Below are positions 24,901-37,559 of a stretch of DNA of 64,000 nt, one piece after another; the stretch's first letter is position 1, and every line of letters starts with the position of its first letter. The position numbers and the translations under genes are program-made. Source of the stretch: Phoronis australis. Taxonomy: Eukaryota > Animalia > Phoronida. Below the pieces are notes generated by a model. It was given only the letters and a program-made list of their open reading frames with translations. It did no database searches and was not told the origin of the DNA. The stretch covers positions 1 to 64,000 of the forward strand of contig NMRA01000981.1 of the NCBI GenBank assembly GCA_002633005.1. The letters are read 5' to 3'.

Positions 24901-27900
24901 CTCACTGGAATCATGTATCGTGGCCACAGTGAAAAAATATTAAAATCACACTTTTGCTGCTTGGACTGTTTTGCGTGTTCTTTGATATTGAGCTTCCGAA
25001 CTTGTACAGTTGAGTTAAATTGTTCAAGAAGAATGCGATTCCAGAGCAAGTTCGTGAACTGGAGACACCATACCCTGCTAGGGATTGTATTAAAGAGAAC
25101 TTCATAACTCTGCTAATCTACAAGGTAGTGACCATCATGAACACCATAATTTATTGTTTTAATCGTTTATAAAATAAAAAAGCTTCAAATGTTTTTTTCA
25201 ATTGGGATCAAATGATTAAACATAGAAATTCCTCATCTGTTGATATTACCTGTCTGAACTCCTCAACTGGCTCAAACGTGGTGTTCTGTACCGGCAACCG
25301 AGGTTCCTTATCGAAGCTGTCAATGGGCCGCTGAAAGTATCACAGGCTTCCTTGATATTAAAGGGGCGTTATTAGTTATGATCTTTACCTTCGCTCAGTC
25401 ATGGTGATATGTAAAGTAGTTTAAGATTAAATGGTGTAGTAGCAGGCTTGTCAGGAATACAAGGTAGGCTTGAAAATGCTACAGTTTTGGTAGAAAGCAT
25501 CTTCACAATAAGGAAATTCACTTGGTTTTCTTGCATATTGGCTAAATAGTGAAACAACATTTTTCTGGAAAATATTAAATGTCCAACTTACCACTTTCTT
25601 TAACTCCTTATCCAAATACTTTGTTTTCTGTGTTGTGAACAGTGACTTGTCTGTTGTTTTTTCCTCCCTTAGTTCGCACACATCCACATCTGTGTTCTAA
25701 AATATATTTTGCACATTTCATTAATTTTGGTAAAACATACCTTTCCTTACCAAATTGAAGTCTTAGCATGAAAATGTGGTCATCATGTCACCAACTTTTA
25801 AAAGGGATTCAGTGCTTTAAACTTCGTGATCAAAACAGAAACTTTAAAAGTTTAAAAACCAATTGATTTTAGGCGAGAACATTAAACAAATACTGGTACA
25901 AATTGAGGTTTTCCTCACGATTGTTGATCCACAGTGACGTTTCCTTTATCTCAGAAGTAACACTTCCACTCACTTTGATTGTTTTAGGTGGGTGAAACAC
26001 AAAGTTCACCAAAACACCAATTATGCAGCAGTGACCTCATATGAATACGAGATAGCCATAGGAAAAAGTTTTCTGAATGGCAAATGTGTTTACATTTGTA
26101 CTGATTATTGCGCCATTTGCATTGCCTTAAAAAATAGTGATTACAATATAAATATTTGAATTAAGTGGAATGTGAAATCTTGAATATATTGAATGTTTTA
26201 ACCAAAAAATGTGACATTTCTTTTTTCCTGTGTAAAGGAATTTGTTTAAGTATAGTGGCAACAGCGGTTTAACTCAAGTAATTCGTGCTTTTTTCACAAG
26301 CAGTACGTTACTTTTACATTGTTGTCATTTGCTTTATTTAAAGCTGAAAGGTGGGCAATGAGAAATTGTGAATGTATGTATGTAATAGTATTATGGAGAT
26401 GTTGAGCCATGCGGTGAAAACATATTCTTGGAACAACTTTTAGCAAAAATCAACTCTGCAGTTTAAGTTTGGAAACAATGTTTAAGTTCATGAAATTTAG
26501 GCAAAAGAAACACAAATCTGCTCTTTTGGACAGTTTCATAATTAGGTTCTTGGTTAATTGCCGAAATTACAGTCACATGTGATCTTGTTCATGTTACTTA
26601 AGTCATCGGTGCTATCATACCATTTGCAGGAGTTTGAGATCAACAATCAAAATGTCGAGATACCATGCAGAGAGAAGAAACTGGTTCCTTAGGAGAGTTC
26701 AAGAGATCATCTACATTAAAGCCTGAAGCCATCCTTCAATGAACAAAGTGGTGTTAGGTTTAAGCTGCTGTCTGCTTGAGATGGTTGCATGGAGTACATA
26801 GCAACATGAAGAACACTACCCATTACTGGAGTCTCACTGCTCACAGTCATTCCTTTAAAGGTCTTGGAGGTTCTGGGCGTTTTTAAAGGTAAATTTCCAG
26901 AACAACAGATTTGTGTTCTTATAGTGCGCATTGGGTGTAATTATTTTTCTGCGAACTTGATGGGAAGAGCTGATTTTATAATTAGCATTTTTACTACCTT
27001 CTTGAAAATTGCAGTTTAGTATGTTACGGGATACTGTAAAATGCTGAGTGTTATACCGAATTTGCCGCAATAACCGCCTAAGCCCCTATAAGTGCCCCCA
27101 ACGAGTTTTTAGACTTTGCTAAAATAAGCGACAATCCATGAACGTGTACATGCGAAAAATAAATTACCTACAGTCATAAAATTCTACAGTAACATCTTCA
27201 ATTTTTTAAATAATGTCTGACAGTCCTGAAAAAATCATGGTGCGCAGAATTTGTTTACGAGGCTCGCCGCTATCTCGGTATTTAGCCATAACTTTACACT
27301 TCAATCTTCCGCCATGCCTCAAAACCAACACAAAAGTTTTGCTGATCTTATGAGGACCAATGTTCTGGCCTTTCTGAACAGACGTAGTTATAAATGGTTT
27401 ATAATAAGTGCCCCCCTGAAACGAACTTTTCTTAGCTTACTGGGCCGTTATTACGGCAAATACGGTTCTACCAAAAGTCCAACCAGTGCAAAAGTAGTAA
27501 CTTTTTCAAATATAAAGTGTATACCGCATCCATTAACAGTATATCTATTTGATCTCAAGCAAATGTGGTAGCATTTCATGTGTTAAGATGATAACAGATT
27601 AACTCAACAAGTTATCTTTTTGTCATGGACAATCAAGGTATTATTTTGAGTGCTAAGGCGATAGCAGATCAAGTGAAAAGGTTATCTTTTGAGGACTTAC
27701 ATGCTCCCTGCCCCTTTCTGTCATCCTTTGTTTTTTTGTTTGAGAGATTTCGCCCTCCACCTGAAACGTGCATCAATTTGTGTAGGCTTCAAGACCACAA
27801 AACTCGGTTTAAGAGGTGTATCTCATTTCTTAGTAGCCAAATGTCAAAGATCTCATTCATCTAGTAACATTATTTCTTCCAAACTTGTACAGAGGAGCTT

Positions 27901-30900
27901 ATTTTGCAAATAGTGATTTCTTAACCCTATTAAGAATTGCAGTTTAGTATATGTTCTATATCAAATGTGAACGACTGAAAATTTATGTCGCAGAGGATTC
28001 TCAAAAGCCCGAAGTCTTTTATCGACCACTTTACTGAGTGTGAGTTGGCGTCCAGCCATTGTTGGCCAGCCTTTACGAAGGACTATCTCAAACAAAGTTC
28101 TCAGAATCCTTGCGGAGTTCTAAAAAAACAGAAAAAATGAACTTTTGCAAATACAGTAGCCTATTCTAGTGAACAAATGAGAGCAGTTTAATTCAGAAGG
28201 TTATCATTTTATGGGCACTCTTTACCTCTCTCTTCTCCACATTTTGACTCTGTGTTTTCTTTTTCATTTTCTTTTTATCAGATTCCACCTGAAACATGCA
28301 AGAATATGTATAGAGATAGTAACCAAAGTTGGAATTCAGACTAGACTTGTGAATTATCTTTCATCTTGTACAGTCCACTATTATTTTTTGCAAGCACGTG
28401 CTCTTTAAAGTTTATTAGATATGCAATACAAAATTGTGAATTAGCTGACAATTTTGAAGCTAATGAATTTACACAAAATGTGCGTATTAAATCATACATT
28501 GGCAACTGCATACTTGTATGTTCTGTCTTAATCTGTAATTTCTAAGAGCATTTATTACTAACAAATTGTAAAAACGGTTATATTTTCACTTTCTTAGCCA
28601 ATGGACTTATAATTCAGTCTCATTATAACATGGAAGCGTTTGCAAATGTAAAGGCAATGTTAGTTTGATTCTAAAATTGAAACACAGAAGCTACTTCATA
28701 TACCTCTCCAGTCTCGGCTTTTTCAAGTACCTCTCCCTTTTCTGTTTTTTTCTGCTTTTTCTTTTTCTTTTTTTCGGAATCCATCTGAAACATGTTGAAA
28801 TATCCGTTGACATGTAAAGATGAAATCAGAATTCAGACTAGAAGTATGAATAGTATCTCAGTAATATTAAATAGTTATTTAACAAATTAACTTAGGTTTT
28901 CTTCAAATTTGTGCAGATGATACATTTCAAGACAAAATGATGTTTGTACAGTTTTTTTTAAACCTGCAGCTTACTACATTGAATTTTGTGCTTTGATCAC
29001 AGGCGACAACTTACTGCTCTCTTATCCTTTTGCTTGTTTTGAAACTGAAATGCCTAGGGAAATTTACAGACTAACTGAAAACTCACTGGAATGATGTATC
29101 ATGGCCACAGTGATGAAATATTAAAATCACATTTTGCTGCTTGGACTGTTTTGCGTGTTCTTTGATATTGAGCTTCCAAACTTGTACAATTGAGTTAAAG
29201 TGATCAAGAAGAATGGGATTCCAGACCAAGTTCGTGAACTGGAGACGCCATAAACTGCTAGGGATTGCATTAAATAGAACTTCATAACTCTTCTAATATG
29301 CAAGTTAGTGACCATCATGAACACCATATTTTGTTGTTTTAGTCGTTGACTAATTAACAAAGCTTCAAATGTGTTTTTCAATAAGGAGAACATGATTAAA
29401 CATGGAAGTTTTTCATTTATTCATATTACCTGTCTGAACTTCTCAGCTGACTTAAATGTGGTGTCCTGTCCTGGCAACCGCGGCTCCTTATCGAAGCTGT
29501 CAATGGGCCGCTGAAACGATCAAATGGCTTTCTTGAAATTAAAGGGGGCGTTATTAGTTATGATCCTTACCTTCGCTCAGACATGGTGATATGTAAAGTA
29601 GTTTAAGATTAAATGGTGTAGTAGCAGGCTTGTCAGGAATACAAGCTAGGCTTGAAAATGCTACAGTTTTAATGTACTGTTTGGCAAGTCTCGAGGATTG
29701 CGTAGAATGTGTATTGCCAATAAGGAAATTCACTTGATTTTTAGCATATTGGCTAAATAGCAAAACGACATTTTTCTGGAAAATATCAAATGTCCAACTT
29801 ACCCCTTTCTTTAACTCCTTATCCAAATATTCTGTAGTCTGTGTTGTGAACAGTGACTTGTCTGTTGTTTTTTCCTCCCTTAATTCGCACACATCCACCT
29901 CTGCATTCTAAAATATATTTTATACCTTTCATTAATTTTAGTAAAAACAAACATTGCAATACCAAATGGAAATATTAGCCTGAAAGTGTTATCATGTCTC
30001 CATGCATTATGTTACCAACTTTTAAAAGGGATTCAGTGCTTTAAACTTCGTGATAACAACAGAAACCTTAAAAATTTATAAACCAATTGATTTTAGACGA
30101 GAACATTAAACAAATACTGGAACAAATTGAGGTTTTCCTTGTGATTATTGATGGAGAGGGACGTTTTTCTTACATGAGAGGTCCCACTTTGACTCCCTTT
30201 GATTACTTTAGGTGGGTGAAACAAAAAGTTAACCAAAACACCAATCATCCAGTAGGGTACCTCATATAAATATGCGAGCCATAGGAAAATATTTTCTGAA
30301 TTACAAATGTGTTTACATTTGTTCTGATATTTTTGCCATTGGCGTTGTGTTAAATAATAGTGATCCAGTAAAAATATTTGAATAATGTGAAATGCAAAAT
30401 TTTGAAATGTTTTTAACCAAAAAAATATGGACATTACTTTTTCGTGTGTACTTGTTTAAGTATAATGGCAATAGCTGTTTAATTCAAGTAATTCATGGTT
30501 TTTCCAAAGCAATCAATTACTTTTCCATTGTCGTCATTTGCTTTACCTAAAGCTGAAAGGTGTGCAATGAGACCTTGTGAATGTATGTATTCAATAGTAT
30601 TATGGAGATGTTGAGCCATGCGGTGAAAACATTCTTGGAACAACTTTTAGCAAAAATCAACTCTGCAGTTCAAATTTGGGAACAACAAAATTATGTTACA
30701 TTCCCAAATTAAATTACATACCCAAAAGAAACACAAATCTGCTCTATTGAACATTTGCATATGAGATCCTTGGAGAGCTCTCATCTCCTTTCAAAGGTGA
30801 TGGTTAATTGCCGGAATTACAGTCACATGTGATATTGTTCTTGTTACTTAAGTCATTGGTGCTATCATACCATTTGCAGGAGTCTGAGTTATCAATCAAA

Positions 30901-33900
30901 TGTTGATATACCATGCAGAAAGAAGAAACTGGTTCCTTAGAGGAGTTCAAGAGATCATCTACATTAAAGCCCAGAAGCCACCCTTCAATGAACTTGGCGG
31001 TGTTAGGTTTAAGCTGCTGTCTGCTTGAGATGATTACATAGAGTACATAGCAACATGAAGAACACTACCCATTACTGGAGTTCCCGCCATTCACAATCAT
31101 CCTTTGAAGGTCTTGGAGGTTCTGGGAGTTTTTAAAGGTAAATTTCCAGAACAATGGATTTGTGTTTTAATAGTGCGCATTGGGTGTAATTTAATTGCTG
31201 TGTCCAAACTTGTACAGTATGGTTAAGTTTTGTTAAAAGTTAGCGATTCTACAGCTTTCCTAAAAAGTGAAGCTTAGGATGCATGTGATGTGACATTGTG
31301 AACTCACTATTAGTCTTCTAGTTTGAATGAGGTTACTTTTTCGCTTGTAAAAGCCCGCAGCATTTAAGGCTATTTAGGATCTTATTGATAAGTATGTGCA
31401 TGAAGTCAAATATCTAGAAAATTATAGAATATAAGTACAAAATTTCCTAGAAGTAAAAAGTCTGCGGAAATTATACTTTTACTTGATGCCATTCAACAAT
31501 TAAATCGGTCAGTTGTATTCCATGTATTTTAAGAAAAACGACCGAAAATGAAAAGTACTTTCACAGCAAAACAGCGGTATCACTACAATGTCCACATATT
31601 GTTTAATTGAATTGTTCAAGACAAAATCGTCAAAGCACTTTGTTTTTGTTGTAAACCAGTTCTGATTTTTCATGAAAATCCCGAAAGTTATAATTTTTGA
31701 TAGCCCCACAACAGTGGATTATTTTGAAAACAAACCTGAACGGCATTTTGAGAACAGGGCATAAAGAATCAGATCTGAAAGTTTCATATCAGTTCCATCA
31801 GCTGTTTCAGAGATATGCTTTTCCAAATTGTACCAAATTTGGCCACTTTTCCTTCCATCTCCCAGATATCGTTAAGTTGAACTAATCCCAACATGGTATC
31901 ATTTTCAAATGTAAATAAGGCAATTGCTGATTGATTCTAAATTGATCAGTACATGACAGGCATATACTTACATATTCCCTTTTTCTCTTCTTGCGTTTTT
32001 TAGTTTTGGATTGTTTTGGTTCTGTCTGAAACACACAAAATTTGTATTTAAGCTGTTTTCAGATATATAATTAATTTTGATATGCCATTGATTCAATTTT
32101 TGTCTAAATTATATGGAGATGCTTAAATTCTGTTTCCACTCCTCTTTAAAATGCAACTCTGTACATATGCAAGGGAAACTGAACAAGTTGACAAATTTAA
32201 AATAACAATTTTAAATAAAATTAGTTATTCAAGTGTCAAGGAAATCGACATTTAATCAGAGTAATTCACACAAGGTCTTCTTGCAAGAACAGCTATTATC
32301 GCCTCTTAATATGAATAATTCATGTTTTTATCAACAGGCAACAACTTACCACTCCATTGTCCTCCTTTTGACCAGCTTCAGTCTGAAATATGTATGACAA
32401 CATAGACTGACTCGAAAACCGCAATTGAATTATAATTGGAAGTATGCATCATAGCCTCTGTTACAAAATATTTAAATTGCATTTTAGTTGTGTTCTTTTA
32501 TTTTGTGCCTCTTAATATGTATAGTGGAGTTCAATTTATGTTAAAAAAAATTAGTGATTCTTCTGGAAGTTGGACGGCTGAAGTTTAGGATATGTATAAA
32601 GCAAAATTGTGAACAGGCTGTTAAATTTAATTTGAAGAACTCTAATGCTAGAAAAGGCAATAGGCATTTGATTGGAACTAATGTAAACATAGATTCATTT
32701 CCAAGTATAAAGGCAGATTTATTCAAAAAGTTTCATTGCAAGTAATTACACACCTCTCCTGTGTCTGATATTCTCCCCTTCTTTTTCTTTTTTTTCTTTT
32801 TTTGGGACTCCATCTGAAACACACAAGAATATGTATGGGCTTAAATATGAAAGGTGACATCAGACTGCTGTACTAAGTCATACCCTGTGTATAGTGGGAG
32901 GAGATTAAATTAAGTTAAAGGCAAAATATTTTACAGTACTTTTAGTGTTTGAAGTTTCTTATATGTGCCTCGCGAAGTTGTGATTGTGCGGCAGCCATTT
33001 AATTGAAATAGTTCACATTTTTATCACTGACAACAACTTACTGCTGCCTTGTGTTGTTTTTGCACGGCTTCAGTCTGAAACATGTAAGAATATAAGAGTG
33101 ACTCAAAAAACACATTTGGATTGGAACACTAATAATGAATCACACGTGAGCTCACAATGGAATAATAAACCATAGTGCCAGTGTACTAATTTTGGTGAGT
33201 AAATATGCAAATTATATTTTAGCTGAGACAATCTGACTTGCATTCGGTCAACTAAAATGTGACCTAAAGCCAAAGGTCACCAAAAACGACAATGAGGTTA
33301 TAAGCATGGTCAATGCATTTTCACTTTCTGTGTCCAAACCTGTTCACCAGAGCTTAAGTGATGTTCAAGAAAAACTAGTAATTCTACAACTCTTTAAAAA
33401 CTTTAGTTTAGGATTTGTTCAGTGCAAAAATGTAAACATGCCGCACATGTTACACTAACAATCAAACAAGGCTATGTTTTTGCCTGCAAAAGTAAAGGCC
33501 TTTTAATTTGAGCAAATGCAAACATGTTAGCATTTTCAAATGCGAAGACAATGACAAATGGATTCAACAAGTTATCTTTGTATCTCATCTGGGGGAATTC
33601 CTTACTTTTTTCTCGTCTGGTTTTTGCATCCACTTTTTTTTCTTTTTCTCAGAGTCCACCTGAAACATGCAACAAAATTTGTAGACTTAAAAACAATAGG
33701 TGAATTCACTCTGGAATGATTACTTATTTCCCCATGATACAAATTTTGGTGAAAAATATGGCGATTAGGTTTAAGTTGAAACGGTTTGGCTTGACTTGTC
33801 TCATAAGAACTAATGATTAAATTCACAATTGTAAGGTTGCAAAAATCTCGAGCGTATTAATGCTATTTCAGGTGAAAGGGCATCTGTTTAATTCAAGCAA

Positions 33901-34242
33901 ATGCACATGTGATAGCCTTTCCAGTGTTACGGCAATTACTCGATTTCAAGAAAAAATACATCCATGAAATTGGCAGCTCGGTAGTGGCTGTTCATTTAAG
34001 TCTAATAAATTCAATCAGTGACATTTAAGCAATAATTATATGAGGAACGGTCATCCTGATCTCATTTAATGATATAAGCTGTTTAATTTCTTACATGCAA
34101 ATTTACAAAAACCTTGGTGCAATTGTCTTGGAAAAAAAAGTCAGAAATTAACATGTCAGTAGTTCAGAACAATTACCTTTTGGGCATCATCCTGATGCGC
34201 TGAAAAGGGCTTCAAGCTGCTGTAGTCGAATTCAAAGTTCAT
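13123..34242 (-). CDS. Predicted 34-exon gene, about 1069 aa: Lys-rich micro-exon repeats + SETD8/PR-Set7-like SET domain + 2 C2H2 zinc fingers + tyrosine recombinase + basic tail
   Basis: Manual splicing; all introns GT-AG, phases compatible, no in-frame stop. Exons 5' to 3': 34242-34177, 33659-33606, 33074-33042, 32813-32754, 32382-32350, 32025-31972, 29510-29430, 29044-29015, 28784-28704, 28288-28226, 27760-27701, 25330-25250, 24863-24834, 24657-24571, 24121-24059, 23767-23708, 23117-23045, 22461-22299, 22186-21976, 21708-21667, 20740-20708, 20340-20284, 18844-18812, 18622-18581, 17735-17664, 17069-17001, 16404-16085, 15921-15745, 15526-15347, 15083-14852, 14598-14434, 14311-14218, 13781-13600, 13251-13123 (TGA). 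The start codon and inclusion of each micro-exon are uncertain. Confidence 0.72.
16085..16404 (-). CDS. Exon with two C2H2 zinc fingers
   Basis: CQECGAMVVNLKRHVETVH and CPFAGCTTVTTRVDQHLQAKH. Acceptor tttcttttaaag at 16405, donor GTGAGT at 16084, phase-2 join to exon 15921-15745. Confidence 0.9.
17001..21708 (-). CDS. Linker array of 7 phase-0 micro-exons between the SET and zinc-finger exons
   Basis: TKAKGSKRKLDTEN, TAADQKKDNEV, MEVKNSKSKKRKRKTDGGY, PEVEQISDKRK, TPYIFNASSRAMPE, PHIDSYETDQWLLGVDTTLEESSQ, WCPSRSSPEICSSGDEYIPDSNE. All are bounded by AG/GT and are multiples of 3. Confidence 0.72.
19131..19610. mobile_element. 480 bp MITE, hAT-like CAGGG ends, 6 bp TSD
   Basis: Perfect 13 bp TIR CAGGGCTTGGAAT / ATTCCAAGCCCTG with TCATAT on both sides. 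Absent from the paralogous intron sites near 26590 and 30840. Confidence 0.9.
21976..23117 (-). CDS. SET domain, PR-Set7/SETD8 (KMT5A)-like, three exons
   Basis: Spliced: NAQFFCNAGYDQEGFDVRYVSEEKGRGVFTTKTFSKGDFLLEYVGELL...YQYYFKYSGKQMCIDAKDTVGRLAHLVNDAEE...PRLVLYASRDIDKGEELHYDYRGDPGSLWWRKQK. Matches the SETD8 motifs KGRGV, GDFxxEYxG, YxYYF, CxDA, RLxxLxN and RDIxxGEELxYDY. Confidence 0.92.
23370..31190. repeat. Intragenic tandem duplication (about 4 kb period); an older paralogous block lies at about 17650-20760
   Basis: About 23370-26940 aligns with about 26930-31190 (five exon pairs plus introns, e.g. 25250-25330 vs 29430-29510). About 17650-20760 is a diverged copy of about 29420-32420. 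Confidence 0.9.
23708..34242 (-). CDS. N-terminal array of 16 phase-0 micro-exons (30-87 nt), mostly Lys-rich
   Basis: Nearly all follow a tttcag acceptor, end at a GT donor, have a length divisible by 3 and contain no stop. Examples: VDSEKKKKKWMQKPDEKK, MESQKKKKKKKKGRISDTGE, TEPKQSKTKKRKKRKREY, MDSEKKKKKKKKRRKAEKGEVHEKAETGE, RPIDSFDKEPRLPVQNTTFEPVEEFRQ. Confidence 0.72.
27056..27465. mobile_element. 410 bp Tc1/mariner/pogo-type MITE (TA|CCG ends)
   Basis: TIR CCGAATTTGCCGCAATAAC / GTTATTACGGCAAATACGG. Absent from the paralogous site near 23490. Confidence 0.82.
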
Positions 34243-36950
34243 CTGGAACTAAATAAAGAAAACATGACATCAGAGTGTATTCATCAAAATGTTTTGAGTC
34301 ACTGAGAAAAACGTGCCTTGGAAAAATTTAAAAATGTACCTTGTTACATCTTGTACATTTAGTAACAAAGTACCAGCTTTGCACTTTGGCTGGCATTTCA
34401 TGTAGCATTTCACCACCGTAAAAGTAGTATTTTCTGGCCTCCACTTGTAAGTGTTACATGTTCTGCTGACTGCTAAAGTTTTTAAACTGGCAATTACTTT
34501 TCTGGCTAAAATTAGTGTTAAGACATATATTCTCATTCGCAAACATTGTATTGTTGTGCAATTTGACTTAGGTTGAATAACCTATTCAAATCAATTGTGT
34601 ATTTTGCATAATAACTATTGACTGCGTTTGAAAACCAAAAAGTTCGACGAAGCGCCTGCAGCCACGTTTTTGGGTTTTTTCTTCATTTTTAAATGTAATA
34701 CTTTTTGCCAACATGAAAGTAAAAGGAAAACTTTCATGCCCGCATACATAGGAACATACACATTTACATCTTAAAAATAAAATGCCTCAAAATAAACATA
34801 CTATAGGGGCCCATATGTTAACAAAATCTCAGTGAATTTTAGATTATTTTAAAAGAAGTATTGTTGAGTTTTTAAATATTTAAAGGAATCGTGTTTCTTA
34901 TGGTTATCTCTAAACCTATTCACAAAATTTTACAATATTTCACACGTGTCTAGAAAAATACCTTACTTCATTCTCGGGGAACTTCAAATACAAAATATAT
35001 ACTGTGTAGTGAGAAAAACAAATAACAAAACCAGCTTGGAACCGCACAACCTCGTGGATATTTGTTTACTACTTGTCTGAGGTCAAAGGTTAAAGGACCT
35101 TCAATCAAATCGAATCTTATGCCAGGTACAGATCAGCTTTGCATACCCTCAGTCCTTTCATTCACAAAATTTTCATAACATTGAGTCAACGAGGTGTATT
35201 TATAGTAGAATGGTGCCGGGGAAAATGAAGGCAAAACGTAGTTTTGATTGTAAGATAGTTGTGCGTCTACATGCATACGACCGTTGGCGTTGAGAACGAA
35301 TGCTACGGTCGCCTCTGTGGTCGTGAACACAGCAAGTTGTGAAAAGAAACAATTCCTTCATCCAATTAATTGAAATTGACATTTCAATGTTTTGATCTCA
35401 TGCTAACGACATGCTTTAACCACCGACACATGACGTGTACAGGCTATGTGTATAACAATGAACTGTGACCTATTTATATAAAAGTAGGTCAAAGGTCACA
35501 AACAATAGTAAAAATTACCTGGGAACGGTACTGTAGTGAGATGTTTTAGTGATAATTAAGTTAATTACGCACTGCACCGTTGAAATAGCGAACATATTTA
35601 AGGCTTGTATAGATTATGTGTACCGAGTTTCCATCGAATAATTAACCGAATACTTTTAGAAACTTAGGAACACGAGTTTTGCTGAAACTTTCCAGATTTA
35701 ATGTTTAGTCATTAGTCTCAAAAACGATAGTAGGATTTTTGTTATAAAGGCCTATTTTTGCCTAATGTAACGAAGACGAATACGACTTCCGTTTTTTACA
35801 AAGATACCTTACGTTTTGCGAGTTGATTTGTCATAGAAACCAAACGAAAAGACTAATCGAAAATTCCTAAGAGCGTTTTTAGGTAACTAGCAAAGTTTTT
35901 ATTTAAAAAGTTTCATTAAAATCGACTGAGGGGTTATTTTGCTATGGATGTACCTTTCTTAAAAATAAAATTTTGACTTAAAAAGGTTTATACGTAAAAA
36001 TAATAATGGTATATTAATACAAATGTATTTTCATATTCCCTAATCTTTTTTCTTTCAGAAAATGTATACTTTTACTAGTTGTTGATTTACGAGTTAGGTA
36101 TTGTCATCTGGCACTTTTTACATAATGTGCATACATGTGTACCTTTAACTCCAATCTTATGTAAAAAAAGTTTGTTGGTGTGAAACTAATGAGAAATCAT
36201 CTCAACCTAATATCACTAGTAAGAGCAGAGATTTTAAGACAGCAATTTTGTTGAGAGTTAGTGCTTTTCTGGACCAGATCGCAGTCTTTTTGAATTTCTT
36301 TTATCTTCCAAGTGTAATTTAAACCAGCATTGTCGGATACATTGAAAATGAAGTCTATTTCCAAAAAACCTGAATTGACCTAGAGGCATTCCATGGGAGG
36401 ACATTAAGGGTGTTACGTTTGAAGCTTTTCTACCTAACCAGACAGTGCTCTTGAATGGTCTGAGAAATATTAGTAAGCAGTGTGTCGATTCGCACCAGAT
36501 CACAGGCACTTGAGCAAAAAGCCTGAATTGTTTTTCCTGTCATGAATTGTGTATTTCGGGTAATGACAATTGATGATGCATGATGAGGCAATGTGTCTGC
36601 CTGCAGACTTTTTGAACTTCTTTCAAATTTTAAGTTATCATAAAATCAATATTTTTTCAAGTATTGGTTGGCGTTTTTTTAAGACACTGTGTATCAATAT
36701 GAAATTTTCCTAGATTAATTGCATCTTGTCCTTCATTCTTTCCAAAATATATCTAAATTTGAAAGTCCCAACAAGCTTCCGGTTTTGTTTTCATCAGCTG
36801 AAATCCCAAAAGATCTTGCTAAATCACAGTTCAATTACAAATAGGTTTTGTGCTCTGGCTATTTTTTACAAAATGTACATGCATCTGTAACTTTAACTCC
36901 AATGTTATCTCAAAATAAATTTGAAGTATAATTTGAGGATTAGATCTGAA

Positions 36951-37446
36951 TGTAGCAGTAGCGTTGTGTCATGTGTATCTGTCCGTCAATGAGATAATTG
37001 TATTTTGCAGCTATGTGTAGAACACTCAATTACTCTAGTAATATAGCTATTGGCAGTAGCAAAGCGAGGACTGTCTTAATTAGACAAGTGAAAGGTTTAT
37101 ATGGAAGTTAAAAATGTGTGTGTTGCATACACTAAACTTCATGATTCAAGGTTCTACAGGAAATAACAGGAAACAACTGTAGGAATTTTCACAACAATCA
37201 CAACTACTCATTGTCTTTGCCATATATGGTAATGGTCAGCTGTCTCAAGGCAATGATTCTGTGAATGACCATTACATAATCTAGTTTACTTAGAGTTCAT
37301 CAAAAGGTGTGTGGATGCACTGGGTGGACCACAAGTTACTATAAACATCAGTATTCTGCTTATAAAGCAATAATATTAATAAAACTTTCATACCAAAATA
37401 TTATGTGAAATATATCATGAAGATATTGAAAAATATACGTCCTACA
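36951..37446 (+). mobile_element. LTR-like segment (TGTAG...CTACA); inverted homologue at about 54810-55290
   Basis: 5 bp terminal inverted repeat and reverse-complement similarity to 54960-55290. No TSD seen. Confidence 0.5.
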
Positions 37447-37559
37447 ACATAATCTCCTTTCCTTGATGATGATGGTAGAGCCATAAGACGATGAATTAAT
37501 TTAAGTAACAGCAGTGAGAATTCAAAGAATGATGCTGAAACTTCAATCATACTCATTCA

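Noticed and set aside
11300-36000. Terminal repeats or att-like sites delimiting a recombinase element
   Set aside because: I found no convincing direct or inverted terminal pair by eye; a multi-copy alignment is needed.
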